A stretch of 64,000 nt of DNA from an uncultured Clostridia bacterium (GTDB taxonomy: Bacteria > Bacillota > Clostridia > Christensenellales > UBA1242). A model generated the notes under the pieces. That model saw nothing but the letters and a program-made list of their open reading frames with translations, was not told the DNA's origin and made no database searches. The translations under genes and the position numbers were made by a program. Positions 59,292-64,000 of the stretch are shown piece after piece. The stretch is from assembly GCA_934747805.1 (NCBI GenBank), contig CAKVHC010000002.1, forward strand, positions 16,694 through 80,693, read 5' to 3'. Every line of letters begins with the position of its first letter. The first letter of the stretch is position 1.

Positions 59292-59324
59292 AAACTCACC
59301 AGAAGAATTTCTAGTGAGTTTTTT
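59292..59324 (+). terminator. rho-independent terminator after ssrA
   Basis: AAACTCAC...GTGAGTTT followed by a T-run. Confidence 0.7.
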
Positions 59325-59384
59325 GCTAAATTTATTTACAAATATTTGTTGTATTGTGTTATAATCTATGTAAGGTAAACATCT

Positions 59385-59672
59385 ATGGCTTCAAGCATTG
59401 ATTACAAAGATTTTATTATGGAACAATTGGTCAATTTGCATCCTAAATGCAGGCCTATGATGGGCGAGTTCTTGGTATATGTCGACGGCATTTATTTTGG
59501 TGGCATTTTTGACAACAGATTTCTGGTAAAGGTCACTGACACAAATGGCGGGTTTAATCTTAAAAAGACATTGCCATACGAGAATGCAAAACCGATGTAT
59601 TTGGTTGAAAATGTTGATGACAGAGAGTATTTGGAAGATTTAGTTTTGAAAACTATCATAGGTTTGAAATAA
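59385..59672 (+). CDS. TfoX N-terminal domain protein
   Basis: ...CRPMMGEFLVYVDGIYFGGIFDNRFLVKV... fits the remembered TfoX_N pattern (MfGgyglY.dG.iFa.i.dd.LylK). Confidence 0.6.
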   Translation: MASSIDYKDFIMEQLVNLHPKCRPMMGEFLVYVDGIYFGGIFDNRFLVKVTDTNGGFNLKKTLPYENAKPMYLVENVDDREYLEDLVLKTIIGLK

Positions 59673-59799
59673 TAGAAAAATATTTGAGCGGAGAAAATTA
59701 TGTGAGCATTTAATTACGTTGGTTTGATAATAGTGTACTTATTAAGAATGGAATGTATTTAAGCTCGAGAGAATAAAAGTTTAAAATTGGAAACGTTTT

Positions 59800-60147
59800 A
59801 TGATTAAAGAGATGATTGAAGGCAAATTTGAAGTTTTAAAATTTATGCAGCAGAACACTGATAATGCTTTGCTAAAAGAATGGAAATTTGCACTAAAAGA
59901 TGATTGGGTGACGGTCTATCGCTCCGAGTTTGGCGGACAAGTTAGTTATGAGAATGATGGTGTCCTAACCTTGTCGTTTAATAAGTTTATGGACGAAGAT
60001 TATTTTGAAGACACTAGAAACACAAGCTGCGAGGATTTAATGATAAAACTTAGATATGTAATGACTGTGTTGTCCAAGTTTTATTACAACAAGATTGACG
60101 AGCAAGAATATATTGAATTAGTTAGCATTTTAGATATTGCAAAATAA
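59800..60147 (+). CDS. hypothetical protein (115 aa)
   Basis: ORF followed by a bidirectional terminator at 60146-60171. No motif recognised. Confidence 0.45.
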   Translation: MIKEMIEGKFEVLKFMQQNTDNALLKEWKFALKDDWVTVYRSEFGGQVSYENDGVLTLSFNKFMDEDYFEDTRNTSCEDLMIKLRYVMTVLSKFYYNKIDEQEYIELVSILDIAK

Positions 60148-60168
60148 AAAGCCCGGATGGGCTCTTTT

Positions 60169-60603
60169 TTATTCAAACTTTACACCAATGAGATAGTCTA
60201 GCGAGCAAGTAAGGTTCTCTGCAATCAAAATTAAACGTGGCAGGGAGGGATTGTGTCCTTTTTGCCAATGACGATACGATGCCTCGCTACAATTAGTCTG
60301 TTTAGAGAGCTTCCAGTTAGAAGTATTATTCAATGCTAGCATCTCATTGTATCTTTTCATAAAATCAGTCATATCGTAGCCGACAATATTCACTTGTTTA
60401 AAATTGTCATCAATGCCAAACAAATAATCCAAAGTACAATGGAAATATTGTGCAATCTTCACAGAAATCTCTACAGACGGATAAATGCCACGAAAATATC
60501 TGCTAAACAAGGTAGCGGATACTCCACTCTCACGTCCAATTTGATTTATTGACTTATTTGTGTCTGTGATAAGGTCTTTCAAGATGTCAACAAAATTTTC
60601 CAT
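60169..60603 (-). CDS. XRE-family regulator with two HTH domains
   Basis: INQIGRESGVSATLFSRYFRG...IAQYFHCTLDYLFG and WKLSKQTNCSEASYRHWQKG...IAENLTCSLDYLIG. Confidence 0.75.
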   Translation of the reverse strand: MENFVDILKDLITDTNKSINQIGRESGVSATLFSRYFRGIYPSVEISVKIAQYFHCTLDYLFGIDDNFKQVNIVGYDMTDFMKRYNEMLALNNTSNWKLSKQTNCSEASYRHWQKGHNPSLPRLILIAENLTCSLDYLIGVKFE

Positions 60604-60756
60604 TTATATCTCCCACAAAATTTCGACAAAACTAAACACCGTGTGACAAAACTAGTGTTATTATTCCATTTAATTTTATTTTGTTATATTGTATGATTGT
60701 TATGCGTGTACTATTTTGCTAGTATAAATGTGCACGCTAAGAAAGGAGAAAACGAT

Positions 60757-60912
60757 ATGAAAAAACTAAGTGAAAACAATTTCAGTGAAGTTCTGAGCAA
60801 AATATTAATTGCGAATTATGAAAACAAAGTGATTGCGACCTCCGATAAAATTTATGTGACGCTTGACGATAATTTGTCCTTAATAATTAAAATTTCCAAA
60901 ATTGTTAGTTAA
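60757..60912 (+). CDS. small hypothetical protein (51 aa), divergent from the XRE gene
   Basis: AAAGGAG RBS 8 nt upstream of ATG 60757. Confidence 0.45.
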   Translation: MKKLSENNFSEVLSKILIANYENKVIATSDKIYVTLDDNLSLIIKISKIVS

Positions 60913-61055
60913 AAACAACAAAAACAGAAGAAAAAGTGTGCAAAAAGCTTTAAAAATGTAAAAATTTTAAAAAAAATTAAAAAAGAGTATTGAAAAATTT
61001 TGCATTCCGTGTATAATGATTGAGAACAAAACTCATTTTTAAGGAGAGTAGGGGA

Positions 61056-62384
61056 ATGTTTTGGAATGCATTTGTTAATGTTTTGGCCATAATTGCTATT
61101 ATTGTTGTTGCAGCTTTTGTGATGATTTTTGTTGGCGATTTGCTAATTAGCATTATTGACGGCAAGAGTGGCATTTTCTTTAAACGAAATAAAAAAGCGA
61201 AAGTTGAAGAATTGGAAGAAGAGGATAGATCCAATTTTGCAACACGTGAAGAACTAGAAAAATTGCAAGACTTGTATCGTAACAAGGAAAAGCAGACTGC
61301 TCCAGTTGCAATGGCTCAACCACAACCTGTTCAAAAAGATGTAACCGACGACTATCTAAATAACGCAGTTCCAGTGGATTACGATTTGGCAAAGAAAGAA
61401 GAAGAAATGATTAACGCCAAGAAGAACAGACTTTTGGTTCCAAAGGCGGAAGAAAAAGTTGAAGCCGGCATTAGTAAGGAAGAAGTTCTAGCACAGGTTA
61501 ACAAAGTCGCTGATGACATTTTGTCAAATTACGAATCTGAAAAGACGAATAAAGAAAAGATTGAAGATTACTCAAAAGAGTTGGACAATTACAAGATTGA
61601 GAAATCTCTTGCAGAAGTAACAGACGAAGATTTGGATGAAAATGACGACGACGATGATGACGATGATGATGGTGAAATTTTGGAACCAGCTCCAGTGCCT
61701 GAAAAAGTCGTAGAAAAAGAAGTTGTTAAGGAAGTGTTGGTTGATAACCCTGAGATTGTTGAACAAAACAAGAAATTGCAAAAACAACTAGAAGAACTCC
61801 GCAACGCATTGCACGAAGCTAACACTCGTGCTGACGAACTTGAACAAGAACGTGAAGAAGAAAAAGAGGCTGGCCCAATGATTTACTCAACAGTAGAAGA
61901 CTGCGAGGCACGTCTTGAAATTCTGGAAGAACGTTTGAGAGTGGCTAAGAAAGAACTCAAAATAAACGACAAAGAATTTAAGCCATTGTTCAAAGTTCGT
62001 AAGAATCTCAATAAATACAAAGAAAAACTTCGTCGTAAAGAAGTCAGCGTAGCTCGTCAAAAGGTCGTTTTGTATGGTGTCAACAACTATGTCGACATTG
62101 ACAAAGACCGTGCAGAGAAGTTGGCTAACGACATCGAATTGCTTGACGGTCTCCGTTTAAGCGTTCAAGATTGTGAAAACGTGGTTGAAGCAAGCAAAGA
62201 CCGTTATCCAATTTTGGAACAAACAAATCGCTTGTTGAAAACTAACATAGCTGATTTGGAACATGATATCGAAACTACAACACAAGTTCTGGAAGCTTTG
62301 AAAGCTGATGCTTTGGTTGACCTAGACGACAATGGCGTTGACGACCGAGCAGAAGGCGATGGCGACGACAAAAACAATAAATAA
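61056..62384 (+). CDS. N-terminally membrane-anchored, highly acidic coiled-coil protein
   Basis: AAGGAG RBS. TM helix VNVLAIIAIIVVAAFVMIFVGDLLI. Long E/K-rich heptad-like regions and a run of 9 Asp (61644-61670). Confidence 0.7.
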   Translation: MFWNAFVNVLAIIAIIVVAAFVMIFVGDLLISIIDGKSGIFFKRNKKAKVEELEEEDRSNFATREELEKLQDLYRNKEKQTAPVAMAQPQPVQKDVTDDYLNNAVPVDYDLAKKEEEMINAKKNRLLVPKAEEKVEAGISKEEVLAQVNKVADDILSNYESEKTNKEKIEDYSKELDNYKIEKSLAEVTDEDLDENDDDDDDDDDGEILEPAPVPEKVVEKEVVKEVLVDNPEIVEQNKKLQKQLEELRNALHEANTRADELEQEREEEKEAGPMIYSTVEDCEARLEILEERLRVAKKELKINDKEFKPLFKVRKNLNKYKEKLRRKEVSVARQKVVLYGVNNYVDIDKDRAEKLANDIELLDGLRLSVQDCENVVEASKDRYPILEQTNRLLKTNIADLEHDIETTTQVLEALKADALVDLDDNGVDDRAEGDGDDKNNK

Positions 62385-62437
62385 AAATAAGCACTAATTT
62401 AGTGCTTTTTTTATTCAAATATGCTAAAATAAATCGT

Positions 62438-63559
62438 ATGACAAGAAAAATTAAGGAAAATAAAGGAAAAAAGATTGCCACAATAGTAACATTTTCCATA
62501 CTGCTCATAATTTTTACGGCAGTATTATGTTTTTCTTCTTTAATTGAACAAGGTGTCAGAAAACTCTTGTTTAGACATAACGTCTTGGAGGACAATGCCA
62601 GTTTGCGTGTCCATTTCATAGATGTAGGACAGGGCGACTGCATTGCAATCAACTTGCCAGACGGCAAAATTATGCTGATAGATGCAGGCTCAAATGATTA
62701 TTCAAAACAGGTCAACGACTATTTGCTATCTAATGTTGTTAATCATCGAGCCAGCAAGAAGCTGGACTATGTTGTTCTGACTCACAGCGATGCAGATCAT
62801 ATTGGTGGCATGAGCAAGATTCTGACATCATTTAAGATAGGCACTGTATTCCGTCCAGCAATTGCTAGCACAGTGGACGATGACTATGGCGTGGCAAGTT
62901 GTTCTTCGTCAAGCGAGACGTATGCAAGCGTAATTACTAGAGTCAAACAGTTGAAATCCAATGGCACGAATGTCGTCACAAGCACACGTGGGCTTGAGAT
63001 TGAAGGCTCAGGATATACTATCCAATTTTTGTCACCATTTACTGATACTTACATAACAACCAACGAGTATTCACCTTATATATTGTTAACTTGCTTTGGT
63101 AAGTCATTTCTATTCACAGGTGATGCAACTAAAGAAAACGAAACCGAATTAATGACGTATGAGTCAAGTTTAAGTGTCGATGTTCTGAAAGTGGCTCACC
63201 ACGGCTCAAGTACATCCACATCAAGAGAGTTTATGGCATATCTGAGTCCTGAATATGCTGTTATTTCAGTCGGCAAAGACAACTCATTCGGGCATCCGAC
63301 TAGTGAAACGCTGGCAAATATCCGTTCGGTTGTGGATAGCGAAAACATTTTGCTAACAAGCGTACTAAACAATATTAGTTTCGTAATTGGCGATGGATAC
63401 GAGTTCTCATATTTGACTGGTACGATTTACACCACCATTAATGTTAGTTCTGAATTAATTATTATGATTGCCGTTGGCGTTGATGCAATTTGTGGTAGTA
63501 TTATTATAATTACTTGTGTTCGACAAAAGGCGACAAAAAATGGTCGTAAGAAAAGTTGA
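62438..63559 (+). CDS. ComEC/Rec2-related metallo-beta-lactamase-fold membrane protein
   Basis: VHFIDVGQGDC, VLTHSDADHIGG, KVAHHGS. TM helices at both ends. The ORF-track start at 62402 lies inside the upstream terminator. Confidence 0.75.
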   Translation: MTRKIKENKGKKIATIVTFSILLIIFTAVLCFSSLIEQGVRKLLFRHNVLEDNASLRVHFIDVGQGDCIAINLPDGKIMLIDAGSNDYSKQVNDYLLSNVVNHRASKKLDYVVLTHSDADHIGGMSKILTSFKIGTVFRPAIASTVDDDYGVASCSSSSETYASVITRVKQLKSNGTNVVTSTRGLEIEGSGYTIQFLSPFTDTYITTNEYSPYILLTCFGKSFLFTGDATKENETELMTYESSLSVDVLKVAHHGSSTSTSREFMAYLSPEYAVISVGKDNSFGHPTSETLANIRSVVDSENILLTSVLNNISFVIGDGYEFSYLTGTIYTTINVSSELIIMIAVGVDAICGSIIIITCVRQKATKNGRKKS

Positions 63560-63637
63560 TTAATGTATATAACTTTGTTAAAATTGGTAATTGTTTGTAA
63601 AATTCAAAAAACAATTACTCCCATTTAGGAGGTAAAT

Positions 63638-64000
63638 TTGGATAGAAACGTACTTATAATTGGACTGGCAGAATTCAATGTGAAAAACATTGCAATGAAG
63701 TTGGCAGAGAAGCTAAATCGTATGTATATGGACGTTGATGAACTGATCGAATATCAACTCGTAAACAAACAAGGGCTTAAAAAAGTTGGTCGTGAATATT
63801 TTGAAAAAATACAAAAAGGATGCATTCGTCAAGCGTGTGAATGTGTGAATACTGTGGCCACAATTTCTACGGATTTGTATTTATTTGGCGAATATGCCGA
63901 AATTTTGTCCAAATTTTATGTTATTTTTGTCAATTTTACAAAAAATGATTATTTATTCACCATAGAAAGTTATCCAAAAGAAAGACAATTAGAATTAAAA
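63638..64000 (+). CDS. shikimate-kinase-like protein with degenerate Walker A (partial, runs off window end)
   Basis: TTG start after AGGAGG. RNVLIIGLAEFNVKNIAMKLAEKLNRMYMDVDELIE aligns by eye with AroK [36 protein letters not shown], but GxxGxGKS/T is replaced by GLAEFNVKN. Confidence 0.3.
   Translation, partial: MDRNVLIIGLAEFNVKNIAMKLAEKLNRMYMDVDELIEYQLVNKQGLKKVGREYFEKIQKGCIRQACECVNTVATISTDLYLFGEYAEILSKFYVIFVNFTKNDYLFTIESYPKERQLELK

Noticed and set aside
61644-61670. GAC/GAT codon run (nine Asp) as a slipped-strand phase-variation tract
   Set aside because: The repeat unit is 3 nt and imperfect, so slippage would only change the Asp count and not the reading frame.

Overview
AT-rich (by eye), standard-code, Bacillota (Firmicutes)-type chromosome segment with GGAGG-type Shine-Dalgarno sites, near-consensus sigma-A promoters and many rho-independent terminators. 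All calls come from reading the sequence and ORF track and from remembered family motifs; no searches were run. Conserved housekeeping blocks: rplI, ppa, tRNA-Ser(GCU), spmA-spmB, tatD-rsmA, sepF-lspA-rluD, tig-clpP-clpX, rpsL-rpsG-fusA-tuf, polA, pgk-gpmI and secG-rnr-smpB-ssrA(tmRNA). Accessory segments sit between them. (1) A 9.8-kb gene for a 3254-aa membrane-anchored orphan protein, followed by a separate unit encoding a 1018-aa orphan protein plus an 80-aa protein. (2) A wedge between clpX and rpsL holding a HicB-like antitoxin gene coupled to an unknown 173-aa gene, and a GLUG-motif surface-protein gene split by a G10 tract, which looks like a phase-variable switch in the OFF state. (3) A lipoprotein / ABC-2 transporter cluster. 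(4) A roughly 4.2-kb integrase-less islet inserted in tRNA-Leu(CAA). It is flanked by a perfect 56-nt copy of the tRNA 3-prime part and by 21-nt T-loop-to-CCA copies embedded in a hairpin-rich unit of about 150-200 bp. It carries one gene for a DUF6273 + M64 (IgA-protease-like) + Cys-rich, membrane-anchored protein. Gene-decay scars include an Rrf2(iscR-like)/nifS deletion fusion and a frameshifted XRE gene. Other points of note: smpB overlaps the 5-prime end of ssrA by 13 nt; there are candidate leaderless mRNAs (rnr, ComEC-like); tRNA-Ser and tmRNA have a non-U residue at T-loop position 55. No CRISPR array, IS element, integrase or recognisable defence system was seen.
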